A DNA stretch of 21,904 bases, taken from NCBI RefSeq assembly GCF_006345805.1, contig NW_021823621.1, positions 1 through 21,904 of the forward strand, written 5' to 3'. Of this stretch, positions 21,728-21,904 are shown in pieces (position 1 is the first letter of the stretch; each line of letters begins with the position of its first letter). Position numbers and translations under genes: made by a program. The stretch comes from Octopus sinensis (Eukaryota). The notes below the pieces were generated by a model. It searched no databases. It saw only the letters and a program-made list of their open reading frames with translations, and was not told the origin of the DNA.

Positions 21728-21904
21728 GGCGCAGGAGTGGCTGTGTGGTAAGTAGCTTGCTAACCAGCCACATGGTTCCGGGTTCAGTCCCACTGCGTGG
21801 CATCTTGGGCAAGTGTCTTCTGCTATAGCCCCGGGCCAACCAATGCCTTGTGAGTGGATTTGGCAGACGGAAACTGAAAGAAGCCTGTCGTATATATATA
21901 TATA
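21728..21904 (+). mobile_element. SINE family A, 5' half with intact head; runs to the window end
   Basis: ggcgcaggagtggctgtgtggtaag (A box), ggttcagtccc (B box), catcttgggcaagtgtctt (CORE-like), then the start of the internal (TA)n. Confidence 0.92.

Noticed and set aside
21728-21800. tRNA gene (also at 17130-17203 and 19110-19200)
   Set aside because: A and B boxes are present but there is no complete cloverleaf, and the sequences continue into SINE bodies.

Overview
AT-rich, microsatellite-dense eukaryotic non-coding DNA (intron or intergenic). The SINE families and repeat landscape are those I recall from octopus (coleoid cephalopod) genomes; the organism is inferred, not proven. I find no intact host protein-coding gene, and nearly all listed ORFs are translations of simple repeats. 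Recognisable content: three tRNA-derived SINE families (one as a seamless tandem trimer), decayed 3' fragments of RLE-type (R2/R4/NeSL-group) non-LTR retrotransposons, an internally deleted mariner, hAT-like and piggyBac-like MITEs, and an inverted pair of palindromic MITEs. The most striking signals are RNA-structural. A 400-bp near-perfect palindrome (5019-5418) has a type I hammerhead ribozyme in each arm. A second hammerhead-like motif carries the compensatory G3-C8 core (GUGAACA; 1599-1654, minus strand). A ~1-kb inverted repeat (9507-10493) has the same (TA)n-flanked architecture as the palindrome. Together these suggest non-autonomous Penelope-like/retrozyme elements that could produce self-cleaving and long double-stranded RNAs.
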